From contig NW_018408629.1 of NCBI RefSeq assembly GCF_002113885.1, forward strand, positions 1,321,971 through 1,385,970: 64,000 nucleotides of DNA, given 5' to 3'. The stretch is from Mizuhopecten yessoensis (Eukaryota). This document shows positions 42,323-53,935 of this stretch, piece after piece. A model generated the notes under the pieces. That model was not told where the DNA came from, ran no database searches, and saw nothing but the letters and a program-made list of their open reading frames with translations. The position numbers were made by a program, and so were the translations under genes. Positions within the stretch are counted from its first letter, which is position 1. Each line of letters begins with the position of its first letter.

Positions 42323-44519
42323 TGGTGTGGTTATGATAATTTATTTTAATGCAATGTCAGCTATAACAACAGTCCTTTTTCTTTATCCGCCATGTGATCA
42401 ATTAGATTGAACTTCATGAACGTTTTAGTGACTGTATCAACTGAACCAACTACGTGTTCTGTCATACGGGAACTAATCGATTGGAACTACGTAAAAAGGC
42501 GGGGTCACAACATTTGGCCCCCACTTAGATTTCTTTTATTCTTTCTCCATATGTGATACATAAAAAATATCAATAACCGCATAAATGATTATTCATAATT
42601 ACTACTAATAACCGCAGTTGACCTCCTTGCATAACACCATGTTGAGTGACGGGGGTATCCTAACAAATTGACAGATAAATGTTACAGGCGAATGTTATTT
42701 TGAAAATGAATTATGAATATACAGTGTATAAAATCACTATTATTTTGATACTAAATATGTCATATTGGTATACATGAAGTAAGCGTAGTGATACTATTAA
42801 TTAGAAAAACATGAACGAAGGTCAAGGTCATCAACGTTTACAAAACTTTGAACAACCTACTTCCTAAATATCAAGTCCAAAGGACCTTTGGTCATGCAGA
42901 CACACAAGTTAAAGGAAAAGTGGAAAGAAAGCTATGTTTTTCCTTCTTTGAATCAAAAGTGTTATATTGACAAATTTCCCGGTTGTCAATTTTTATGAAA
43001 TTCCTGATGTTGAAAGATAATATTAGTAGGCAACTTTTAAGCAAGTATGAAAAATAGACTCGTTTTAGAACTATGTAAATTAACGTGTAAAACAAATGAA
43101 ATGTTCTCATTAGTAAAGAAATTTCAAATACTTTTCTTCTTAAATCTTCAATAAAAAGGACAATCGTTTCTTGACATACTGAAATATTCGGTTTCAAAAT
43201 AACAGTTGGACTATGTTGCACATGATGGTGATATAATTCTATAGTAAATGTGTCATTTAAATGCTCTCGGAGGACGTGTATAACCGTACCTTTAACACCC
43301 ACACAGGTGTAGGTCAATGAGGTCCCATTTATCATAAAATGAATTCTGAAACTAACTGTTCCTGATTTAAGCTCCCTACCTATACCAATACCTTTTTGGA
43401 TTTATCTGTTTTTGTTAAATTCGAAGCGGAGACCGACGCTTATGTTAAATCTTCATAGGCGTTGACCCTACCTTGAGTAATTTGCAACTTCACAACCATA
43501 CATGTCTGAATAACAACATTGTTTTTTTCTGGTAATTTGCGTCCTCGTGATAGCATTAAAGGGGCATCACGGTGAAGTAGCTTTATCTTTTGTCTTTTTG
43601 TCAAATAATACATAAACATACCAAGTGAGACTCCTTATGGAAAATAACGATCGGATTTGGCTGAAATAGATTCATAAAAATGAATAAATCTAAGAAAATC
43701 ATCGGTATTTCTACCTGTCTGACCAACGTTTTGTTCAGGGATTTCCCTATACTAGCGCATGCGCATAGCACACCAGTTCTTTGTAAACAGAATGACTGGC
43801 CGTGTGAAGTAAGCGAAAGAAAGTGTCGTACCGTGTCAGCTACGAAACGAAAAGTTGCCAAATGGTCAAAGATAGCGCAAGGAGTACGTTACGGAATCAT
43901 TATTGAAGGTGTGCAGTATTCAAAGGAGAAAATAACTGCCGTAGCAGTTAGTATGGTGCATGTATTCTTCCGGATAGCCGGTTAAGCTGAAATGGAATCG
44001 ACAGAAATGCTAGCGCTGTTTATGTTATGAATAAATATCTAAAACTATTAAGCTCGCTAGTATCTTTGTCTGAGTTTGAACACAGATGAACTTAGTTTTA
44101 TATGTTAATGGGCATGTATTGGAGAGAGTTTACTTTGTGTTTCTATAATTATACAGTGGTTTATGCGAAAGGAAGGGATAAGTGACTGGTTAGTTTGATT
44201 TTGCCATGAGGCCCTCCAAGGGATAACTGTTGTGATGGCCCACGGCGTATTTTCTGGGTCACCGAGATACGTGTTATCTAAGTCCGTGGATTTACATAAT
44301 TTATAATATTACCGGGTTCAATAAAATGGTATGATTTAATTATATTGCTGAATTAAACGATTATTTTTGTTTTTACATGCAAGATTTAAATTAGTACTAA
44401 TATGAATACCCGGCCTCCTCTGCCCCGGCAATATATAAAAAAAAATCAGAAAGGTTTGTCCCTTGGTGTAGGGAAGGTGTTTAGCCCCTTACCATCTGTA
44501 CCGGACAAATTCCGGTACT

Positions 44520-44695
44520 AAATTCAATATATATTTAAATACATCTACTTTATGTTTATGCCTATTATCATTGTTGACATTTAATTGTAAATGTATGACG
44601 GGAGAAGGCTGTGATAAATTGTAAAAACTTGTGCACCATCCCTTGTTTTACTTTATAATTACAGATATAAAGAATAGATAAAGAATAGATAAAAT
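44520..44695 (+). mobile_element. Probable LINE (CR1/L2-group) 3' end fragment
   Basis: gggagaagg..ataaattgtaaaaacttgtgc..atccctt stem-loop followed by short tandem tail (ataaagaatag)x2. Confidence 0.4.
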
Positions 44696-45334
44696 GGACT
44701 ATGTGATATATATAACGTCAAAGAGGGTAAGGTGAGTTAAAATACATCAGTCTATATAATAGAACGATGTCTTTCAATAATAAAATAATGCATTCGAGTC
44801 CACGGAACTGAAAAGAGTTTTCATATCCAGGACTCGAACGTAGTTATCACGAATGTGTTTCAAATCGGAACATTCTATTAAAAATGTTCTACTGTAAATG
44901 GAGTGTCACATGCGTGGCATGAAGGTGGATCTTACCGTTTTAAAAGGTACGAATGAGTAGGAAATGTGTGCCCAGTACAGAGCCGAGAGAGGACAACTTC
45001 TTCTCTACGATCTTTCCGACTGGGAACAGATGTTTTAAGTTTCAGTTGTATTTTAAAGAGTTTGTTGCTGGTCTTGAGAGACCATCGTTGCTGCCATTCA
45101 TTTTGAATAGCTGTACGAATAAATGGTTTAAAATCTGTATATGGTAGTTTGATATTTGTTTTTTAGAAATTTAACGCTTAATTTGCCTTCCTGTCAACAA
45201 ATTCGTTGCCTTTAATTCCGACATGGCTCGGAATCCATAGTAAAGTTATTTGAGATTTTTTTAAGACACGAGATTTGCGAAAAGCAAGGTTTTGTACGAG
45301 TGTGTTTTTAGGATCTCGTGACTGTAAACTTTGT

Positions 45335-45853
45335 TTGTTTGTTTGTTTGTTTGATTTTGTTTAACGTCCTATTAACAGCTAAGGTCATTTAAGGACGGCC
45401 TCCTCTGTGTGCAAGATGCATGTGTGTAGTGTATGTGTGTGTATTTTGGGAGGCTGCGATATGTTCGTGTTTGTCTCCTTGTGATAGCGCGGAACTGATG
45501 CCGACTTTATAGTGCTACCTCACTGAAACATACTGCCGAAGACACCCAGCAGGACGCCCCACCCGGTCACATTATACTGACAATTGGCAAACCAGTCGTC
45601 TCACTCCTATAAGTATATACTACCATTTTCAAAGACTTTGGTATGTCTCGGCCAGGAGACAGAACCCAAAGCCTTCCTCACAGAGGCGAACGCTCAACAA
45701 ATGGCCAAAAGTGAGGCATTGCAAGGGAGACATTAGGAAGAAGAAAGTTATTTAGAACGTAGAGAAGAGATAAGGTCCCAAATTTAGTCGCCTCTTACGA
45801 TCATGCAATTGGGGGCAGCAGGTACAATTCTTACGCCCTACCTGCAGGGTCAT
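45335..45853 (-). mobile_element. Composite Meta-type SINE with (AAAC)n tail, bounded by an 11-12 bp TSD
   Basis: Meta-like body (minus: gactggtttgcc..tgtcagtataatgtgaccgggtgg..ttcagtgaggtagcactataaa), tail gctgttaataggacgttaaacaaaatc(aaac)n. TSD tgtaaactttgt (45323-45334) / tgtaaacttgt (45854-45864). Empty site visible in the paralogous repeat near 63680. Confidence 0.88.
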
Positions 45854-47115
45854 TGTAAACTTGTAGGACAGATAGAGACTCTAAACAAAGTATTGCCTTT
45901 TAAATGCGGTGTTCATCGATATGGTCGAAGGCCAAACCAATGACGCATGCTTCGGCAGATGGAGGTGCCGTCTCGTAGTCGATCTGAAATGCAAGAATTA
46001 GCAGTACAGCAGGCTGCTGCCACTTTCTCACCATCTTTGGAACCATCGGTGTAAAGTTGTGTATGAGAAAGGTAATTAGCAACATGTTAAGAAAGTATCA
46101 TTTTTCTAACGAAGTGATACTAATGGTAGGTAGTCAAGTGAATCATGCTTCAAAACGGTTCAACTGGTTTGAGTTACTTTAAGCTAATATCTTTGGGACA
46201 ATGGGAAGTTTATTCGCCTCTGAAATATTATAACCACTAACTTAAAAGGTGAAACGTAAATACTATTTATTCGAATTTTAATTTATATTTAGTAGTGAAT
46301 TATAAAGCAGCCAGCAACACAGTACGGTTATATAAGGCCAGATGTTAGCGAAAACGTTAAGGATTGGTGGGACCAGCGAGATGTAGACGCGAAAGGTTAC
46401 AGTAAAAAAAGTTGACAGGTGTTCAGTAGCCTAACTGCTTTTGGTGATAGTTCCGTTTCGTAGAATGGTTTTGTTTGGTTGGTTCTGTTTTAAAGACCTC
46501 GCAACATCCATTGTCATATGAAGACGAGTTCTTATGTCAACACCACTGACAAGAAAGATTAGGCAAGTGAGAAAAAGAAAAAGAAAGAAAACCCGAGTGT
46601 TGGGATAGGGGCAGGAGTTTAATTTTGGTCTCTTCAATGTCCCGAAGACGGAAGGAACAGACAAAAAAAATCAATTTTGTAGGAGGCCCTGCATAAGTAA
46701 ACTATTATAACAGGTAAAGGGATACAGCAAAGCCTTTTTTCTCGGAACCTGCAGAGGTCTAGTCAAGTAAACAGAAGGAAACCGAATATGTGCAGGTAGA
46801 CACACATACGTCGTCCAATATCGTCAGGTAGTGGAATTCAGCTTTCTATTCCTTTCCCAAACATGAATAGCAAATAGTGTAAATAGGCGTTAGTGGTGAA
46901 AACTAGGTCTACTGACTGTCAATGACTGCTTGTTAGATTATCACTGACTTTGTCTACGTAAGTGAACGGCCTTCACAACGAAGTATCAAGTTACAACAAA
47001 TCGAAGGACAAAGCAACCGATTTCTTGTATCAACTAACTGGACTAATATATAAGATATTGTAAACTTGATATGCGTAATAACACCTCTACCTAAGTAGCA
47101 GTTATACACGTAGAT

Positions 47116-47247
47116 CAAGCTGACAACTAAGCACAATATGCAGTATAACAAGCTGACAACTAAGCTCAATATGCAGTATAACAAGCTGACAACTAAGCAC
47201 AATAAGCAGTATAACAAGCTGACAACTAAGCACAATATGCAGTATAA
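47116..47247. repeat. 33-bp tandem repeat, 4 near-perfect copies
   Basis: caagctgacaactaagcacaatatgcagtataa x4. Confidence 0.95.
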
Positions 47248-49290
47248 TAAGGTGGCAATTAAGAAAATGTACACACATAAAAAAACTGAAGTCAAACAAT
47301 TACTTTAAAAATGTCGTGACAATAAAACACCTCATTGTACGTAACAGCTCAGTTATTAAATAATTGACAAGTGACAAACTACTTGATTTGTATAGCAGAG
47401 TCATAACAAAGCAACACTTGGATTTATAAGATAACTAAACAACACAGCAGATGTGAGGTCATCAAGCATACGAGATGACATGTTCAGTTCAATACATAGA
47501 AAACATATATACAAAAGTAGACAAGAAGAAGGCAGGATTCGATACTAGGCCTTAATTGTAATGTAATTTAGGATATCAACAACGTATGTCTTTGATTCAT
47601 ATGGAAACTTGCGGACTTGATTTGCGTGTTAACCAATAAAATGGTAAATATGTCTCATAGCTGAAATTCATAATTGCTTAGCCTAACGTTAGCACTGTAT
47701 GCGGTTATTATTGCTTGTTCTTAATGCAATGATATCAAAACAAAAGACAAAGCATCCAGAACTCCTTCAAACCCAGGTACACTGGAAGGTTTAGCGTTTT
47801 CTGCAACACATGTGACTTATTCCGATGTTAAACTTGAAACCCACATAGATCCATAAAGAACTATAGTCGATAATGATATTTCAAAACAAATTGCTTAATT
47901 AATTTCTTAATTCTCTTAAGGCACTGTTTATTGCTTTCACGCGGCCATTCCTTTTTGTTCCCGTAGACCGTAGACCGTAACTAGTGTCTGGTTGATTTCA
48001 TCGTCTTACTTAAGTATCGTCCCAACAGCTTTAATGGTGTCATTATATGTTTACAGTATACAGAATATATACATATCCATATGTCTATTTTATTTAAATT
48101 TGGTTATGTTAAAAACTAACAACCGAAAAATGCGATATTTGCCACCGCCACGTAGGTTGATGTGGGAAACTTCATATATAAGGCTTACGATATTATTCAC
48201 ATATTTGAGATTGCTTAAATGGCATACGATATATGTTTCACGGATGTAGACAAATAGTGAAAATGAAATAAATCAGTAAAATTGTACAAATCCATTAAAA
48301 CAGCAATACTTCTCTCTGAGATGCAATACCATCAAATATATATTACAGCAGTTTTCACACATTTCGCAATATCTTTGAGCTTTCTGTGTTGCCGGTACAG
48401 CTGTTCTCTGTTAAAGCAGTATCATGCTTTGCCTCAATTCTGCAATTGCAGCGAAGCTATAAAGTAAGTGAACACAAGAAAAATAAATACCAAGTATACA
48501 CAGGTAGATGCAAGACAATATATATATACATACTTACTTTCGATTTTTCCAAATGACCTATTCTTGTATGGCTAATTCAGAATTTAACTGGTATAATACA
48601 ATCCAAGGAATGATTGAGCTAATTTCCAATTTCTCAGTCAAACACTGTCATTATGATCCCGATACTGCTCCGTACCATTAATGTGACTAGCCCAGATATA
48701 TCGTACTACACGCTTGTCAACACTCTAGCTTAGAACGGATCGTTATTTTTGTCATGACTGCGCACGCGTGACCACGAAGCTGTGTTGGATGCAATGCTTT
48801 ATCGCGACACCGCTATTGTGCCATCTGTCAACTGAATCCTTGGAGCGCTTTATTTACCCTGATCAGCTTAACGCTTTAAACAATGCTATTTTCTATACAA
48901 TAACCTTAAACTGTGTTCTGAGTCAATTTACGTTACCAACACCCCATCCCCTATCAGTTTTTAAAATAATATTAATCAGAATGGCTAATGTATCAAGATA
49001 TCCAATACGCTTCTCAGTAGTACATTTGTTTCAAACGAAAGCTTACGCTCTGAATAGTTCAAAATGCGGTATACCGTGACTGTGACGTTGCCAATATCGA
49101 CCCGTTACGTCCTGCTGTCGTGTCACCCCGACAGTCACGACCGAGTACTTTAGGTTTGTCTACCTGAATAATACATGCCTCTGTAGTAGTTCTTCTCCAT
49201 GGTATACGATGGTAATGGTATCATCTCTGTACTTAAGATAATTACGTTAAAGGGATGGCGGGACAACGAAAGACTGCCATACACGTACAC

Positions 49291-49520
49291 TACAGTTAAA
49301 CCTCGCTATCTCGAAATTAAACAACTTTGAGATAAAGGGTATTGAAATCCACAAGTATATGCCGATTCGTACCAAAAGTTCCTTCGCTTTATATATTAAA
49401 TGCGATTTTGGGTTCATAGTTATTCTATTTTCAAAGAAATCGACCATACTCTGTTGCCTACCGTTTTGCTTTTTTCTATGCATCTGAGAGTTTCATGAGC
49501 TTAAAGAAATATTTACGCTG
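49291..49520. mobile_element. Tigger/pogo-like MITE end
   Basis: TA|CAGTTAAACCTCGCTATCTCGAA terminus typical of pogo/Tigger TIRs; partner TIR not found. Confidence 0.5.
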
Positions 49521-49799
49521 AACTCGAACCAATTATATGTTTTTAATCAATTCATAAACAAGAGCACATGCATACTTTTAAGAAACAAAACAGGAACTTT
49601 TGTTAAATAGTTCAACATTATATAATTTATAAATGATGCAATCACGACGGCACGAAATTAGTACTTTCAAGTTTAAATGTTGTTATAGTGTTTCGTTTTG
49701 ACTATACCGACAGTATTTTGAATTATAACTAAGGACTGTGGAGTCAAACATAAAGTACTGACATTCATTTTGCGTGTTTGCATGCTAAATTTGTTTGAC

Positions 49800-50255
49800 C
49801 TCTGTGACTATCTCCATGACTAAATGTTTTTAGTTAATATATCAGTGTTAATGAAACTCACCTTTTAAACCGCTGTTTTTGTCATTGTAGGTTGGTTTTA
49901 TTGTGTTGCTTATTTTCATTTTGTAATCTCATTAAGGTCCATTCAAAAATGACTGCATTATTATTTTATGATTTGGTGTTATAGGGCTATGTAGGTAGGG
50001 ACTGGCCCAACCACCTGTCTTGCTACACGTTTTAGTGCAGTAGTCTGTAGATATTGTTATATCAACACTAACCTTTCTTACATAACTTTAGTGTATTTTA
50101 ATTAGCCGACCTATATTTTATTCATATCTATTTGCATGTTATTGTTGTTTGTTTAATACTATACCTATGTTTGTCGCAGAAATAGCTCTACCGAGCTAAC
50201 GTTTGTATGTTTATGGTATGCGACGTGAAATAAATATTCTTGTATCTTGTATCTT
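49800..50255 (+). mobile_element. Probable LINE 3' UTR with terminal stem-loop and tandem tail
   Basis: gtcgca..tagctc-tacc-gagcta..tgcgac hairpin, then AATAAA and (tcttgta)n tail. Left boundary approximate. Confidence 0.5.
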
Positions 50256-50936
50256 TGGTCCAGATTTGTAATGAAACGTGTATCAGCGCGATATATTTGG
50301 TGAAGTGTTATTTGTTTAAACCTTTTGTCTTTATCTTTCACCCCACGTACATTTTGTCGAGACTGTTAAAACTTAACAAAAAATAGATGACCGTTATAAT
50401 ACTAAACAAAAGAAAAAGGACATCTTGAATTTTCACAAAATATCGGAGACGAAACGGATAACCAGTTAAGGTTCAATTGTATTACACCATAACCGGCATA
50501 TATATCTTCAGTCTTAACCTGTGAAATTATGTTGATAACCATATATCTAAGAGATATAATAATTTTACGTCTTCAGCAAACAGACGTAGAAAAATGATAG
50601 AAATAAGAGATATCTTTAAAAAGACAAACGGTAGAGTTTTCGTTTTACAATTAAACATTTGAAAAAGCTGCGTATCTCCTGACATTGAAACAATGGACCG
50701 GCGTTAAAAAAATCAATTATACAAACCATTCTTATCGTTCAACGGGAGATAACTCAAAAGTGCCAAAAGCATGTAGGATTCGATAGCATTTATGTGTATT
50801 ACACGTACACTGCCTAATGAAGTATAGAGATGAAAAAGTGTTTGATATTGCTGATATTCTTGTGAAAGATAGATATTTTATCATTATTATGAGAGGTGCT
50901 AGGGAAAAGAAAAAAAAACATATGAGCATACTAAAA

Positions 50937-50972
50937 GTTCAATAAGCCCCCTTGAAGAGGCTGTAGTCACCC
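50937..50972 (+). repeat. Left terminal inverted repeat of an interrupted MITE/DNA transposon
   Basis: 31/36 identical to the reverse complement of 61346-61381. Confidence 0.85.
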
Positions 50973-51079
50973 TAAAGTTTACCACGTTTTGTTTCTTGAA
51001 TGACTTTCTGTCCCTTGTTGCATGTATCGATGCCGTGATGACTGATGTGACTTATTTGTAAATTGATCAACTCACCACT

Positions 51080-51862
51080 ATGATTCCGGAAAAAGTTTTG
51101 CATATTTTGAAAACTTACGATTTGGAGCTCGCTAATTTAGACTGTTCTTTTGTTTTGAGTGAGAACACGGACAGTGTTTCCCTTACATTAAAATGGACAA
51201 AAGTAAGCATGCCATATTCGTAAACCAAATTTAATACTTCAAAAGCGAGTGACAGTGTGCAGGCACCTCCTGTTCAAATTACCAGGAAGCACAAGTCGCT
51301 GTCCCAACTCCGACATGACAGGAAACGAAGGAGGGAGTGGAAACAGAGGAAAAGGTCTTCCCATGAAAAGAAACCGATGTTTCCTGATCATTCACCATAT
51401 CCACGAGAATCTACTGGTGAGCCGCCCATACACCATGAAGATAAACATATTTGTAATACTGTGAGTGTGGAACCAGTTTGTGAGAAACTTGATGCAAAAC
51501 CCAAGGTTCAACATCAACAGCCAACTACTTTTGCCCCAGTTCTACATAATGCTATTGTTAATCATGTATCATCTCATTCTGTGCCGTCTACGGGACCACA
51601 TTTGAAAGCTGCTAGGTCAGTACCGACATCAGTCCCTGAAGCATGTGTTTCTATTGACAGCAAGGACATGCTAGCATTTTAACAGGAAAAAGAAGCGATC
51701 TTCCTCAGAAGCTTGTGTATAGGTAGACATTTATCAAATGGAACACTATTATTAGCATAATGATTTGTGAATCTTACATCATGACATTCTAGAGGATACT
51801 TATTCATTTTTGATGGACGTTGTTCCCCAATGAAGCCTATAGTTACCTTGATCAACCATTAA
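51080..51862 (+). pseudogene. Decayed uncharacterised ORF of an LTR-type element (MIPEKVLHIL...VSLTLKW...RKHKSLSQLRHDRKRRREW...)
   Basis: ATG 51080 is in frame with track ORF 51257-51682, separated by one TAA (51221-51223). The frame looks protein-like through further stops to ~51862. Followed by PPT and LTR. Confidence 0.6.
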
Positions 51863-52211
51863 CATTTCAGTATATCGATATTTTGGCCAGAACTTAACTT
51901 TACCATATCCTGTTACTTCATTGTTGTGTTACTATAGCTGTCATTGCTGCACGTTTGTCGATTTTTGATAGTTATTCAATCATCTTGATTTCAAAGACAC
52001 TTTTTTTTGGTACACGTCATGTGTAACTTACAAGTAGTTGTGTACATGAAACCGTATGTAAATTGTATAATCAGTTTATGTTTTGCCAATTTCGAATTAG
52101 TAAAACAAAACTTGATGCCAGTATAGCATTAGAATATATGTTATTGGGAAATGTAATTCTGTATATTCAATTGATGGTTGTTTAAAAAAATTAACTGGTC
52201 AATATTTGTTT

Positions 52212-52222
52212 TGCGGGGGAGA
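52212..52222 (+). other. Polypurine tract
   Basis: (t)GCGGGGGAGA directly abutting TGTTAT. Confidence 0.7.
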
Positions 52223-52427
52223 TGTTATATACATGGTATATATTATATTATAACCATCAATAGAATATCCGGAATTTACCGTTTTTGTGTATTATGGTAT
52301 TCCGTCTCCGTATCTTGGTTTTATGTTGTTTGACTTCCTGTTCCGGGAATAAAATGAAAAGTTGAAGAGTGAAATTGTTTCGATTCATCTGTTAATAATC
52401 CTCTCACATCGCAAACCCAGTACAATA
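52223..52427 (+). mobile_element. Short (~205 bp) 3' LTR of the ORF-bearing element
   Basis: TGTT start after the PPT, AATAAA at 52348-52353, likely end cccagtacaata (for ..aaca). An alternative end at GTAACA (52760) cannot be excluded. Confidence 0.55.
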
Positions 52428-53935
52428 TGTCATTTCGTAGCATTAAGTTGGGTTTCAAAAGAGATTGACATGTTATAAGTCCGATGAACTATTTTGATGA
52501 AAACATCGGCTGTACTTTACCGGATGTTGACAGTGCCTTTCCCATGGATTGATGGTTTGACAAGCTTCAGTCATATTTACTGGATAATTTGATATATTGA
52601 GGGATTTGTGGACCTCTCTTCATTCATTCAGCTATTTCTTTTGGAAACTTTGTAATACTGACGAGAAACAGTGTGTATTCAGAAGAGGAGACCCATATTA
52701 ATGAACTTCACACATGGAGGTATGCAGACAGCAGACCCGTGCAGTTTTGAGCCGGTAACACACGTGTGACATTTCATTAATGAATGACATTAATAGTTCA
52801 TATACGGTGCTTAACACTGTTTGTGTGTATCTAAATATTAATTCATTTGGATTTATTGTTGCCATGTCTATTTTTGTGATCAGTGTGAACGTGTTTTTGT
52901 GAGCATGGAAAGTGGATTCCCCTGCCCTGCTAGTGATTTCCTACAGAAAGGTTAGTAACTTGGTATTTTTGGTTAGTTGAATTTATTTATATTTCAGAGT
53001 TTTCTTGACTATTCGATTGATTCTGGCTAACAGATATTGCTGACATTATTATACAGGTTGAGACATCATGACGACCTTACTCTGATGACATCTTTGTGTA
53101 TGAATATATGTTGATGTTCTTGTGTGTCTGTTACTTGTGTGTTGCACTTATGCGCTTGCGACTTGTAGCATTTTGCTTTTGAAAAACTTGGAGTAACGTG
53201 AGTCGCGACATAATAATTTCTTATAATTTTGTTTCGCGTTGACTGAAATTTGATTTTCTCTATATTGGTGTCATATTTCATTTTCATGAATTCTTGTGTA
53301 TAATTTTGACATAGTGATCATAGTTATCTCCCTTTGATATCCACTTTTGATTATCCCCCTTGATTTTGTGCTAATTGTATATATATAGGTACAGGGTAGC
53401 TTATACTTCATACTTTGTTATCATTTATTGACAATTATCCATACTTTTGGACTTTGAAAATTTCATTTCATATTATTAGGTGATTATTCTATATAGGCTT
53501 ATTAGGTTATTATTTTCAGTTTGTTTACACATTGAATTTATTTATTATTTTGTCACTGATTGCACTGATACTGCTCAATCATTCTTTAGTATTTTGGATA
53601 TTTCAGTATATATTATTTGTCTTTTTGTGATTTCTGTTTACATTGTACTCATTTGATCTGATTTAATTTTGGTTTTTTCATTTCTCTTCTAGTTTTGTTG
53701 TAAATTTCATATTTCAGGAAAATCTTTTGGACTTTGAATTCTTGTATTTATTTTGTATTTATCATTTTTTTCTGGCTTTTTGATTCGGAAAACAGTTTGG
53801 ACGTTGCGGATTCAATGTGTGTATTTGTACATTCATGAACTTTGATATTTGTCTACAGGATTTATTCTCACTTTGGATTTCATGATTGTGTTATTTGTGT
53901 TACTCTGTTTGTGTTCATTGTGTGATATTTCAACT

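Larger units (their letters stand above)
43560..45899. mobile_element. Non-autonomous TTAA-flanked DNA transposon, Kolobok-like, with nested insertions
   Basis: Left TTAA|AGGGGCATC, right ATTGCCTT|TTAA. Right ~550 bp repeated at 63186-63731, ending at the same point. GCGCATGCGCA promoter motif at 43755. Pairing of the two ends is inferred from short imperfect TIRs. Confidence 0.55.

Noticed and set aside
47116-47247. 33-bp repeats as a CRISPR array, or ORFs 46954-47295/47102-47299 as membrane proteins
   Set aside because: Units are head-to-tail with no spacers; the ORFs are by-products of an in-frame minisatellite in eukaryotic DNA.
514-50929. Remaining 60-150 aa ORFs in the track
   Set aside because: Mostly non-ATG starts, AT-biased residue composition, no motifs; consistent with random ORFs or repeat-derived sequence.
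53849-53935. Hydrophobic N-terminal signal peptide on Gag
   Set aside because: Arises from a TTG start in the T-rich leader; the ATG at 53936 has good context and gives a normal Gag.
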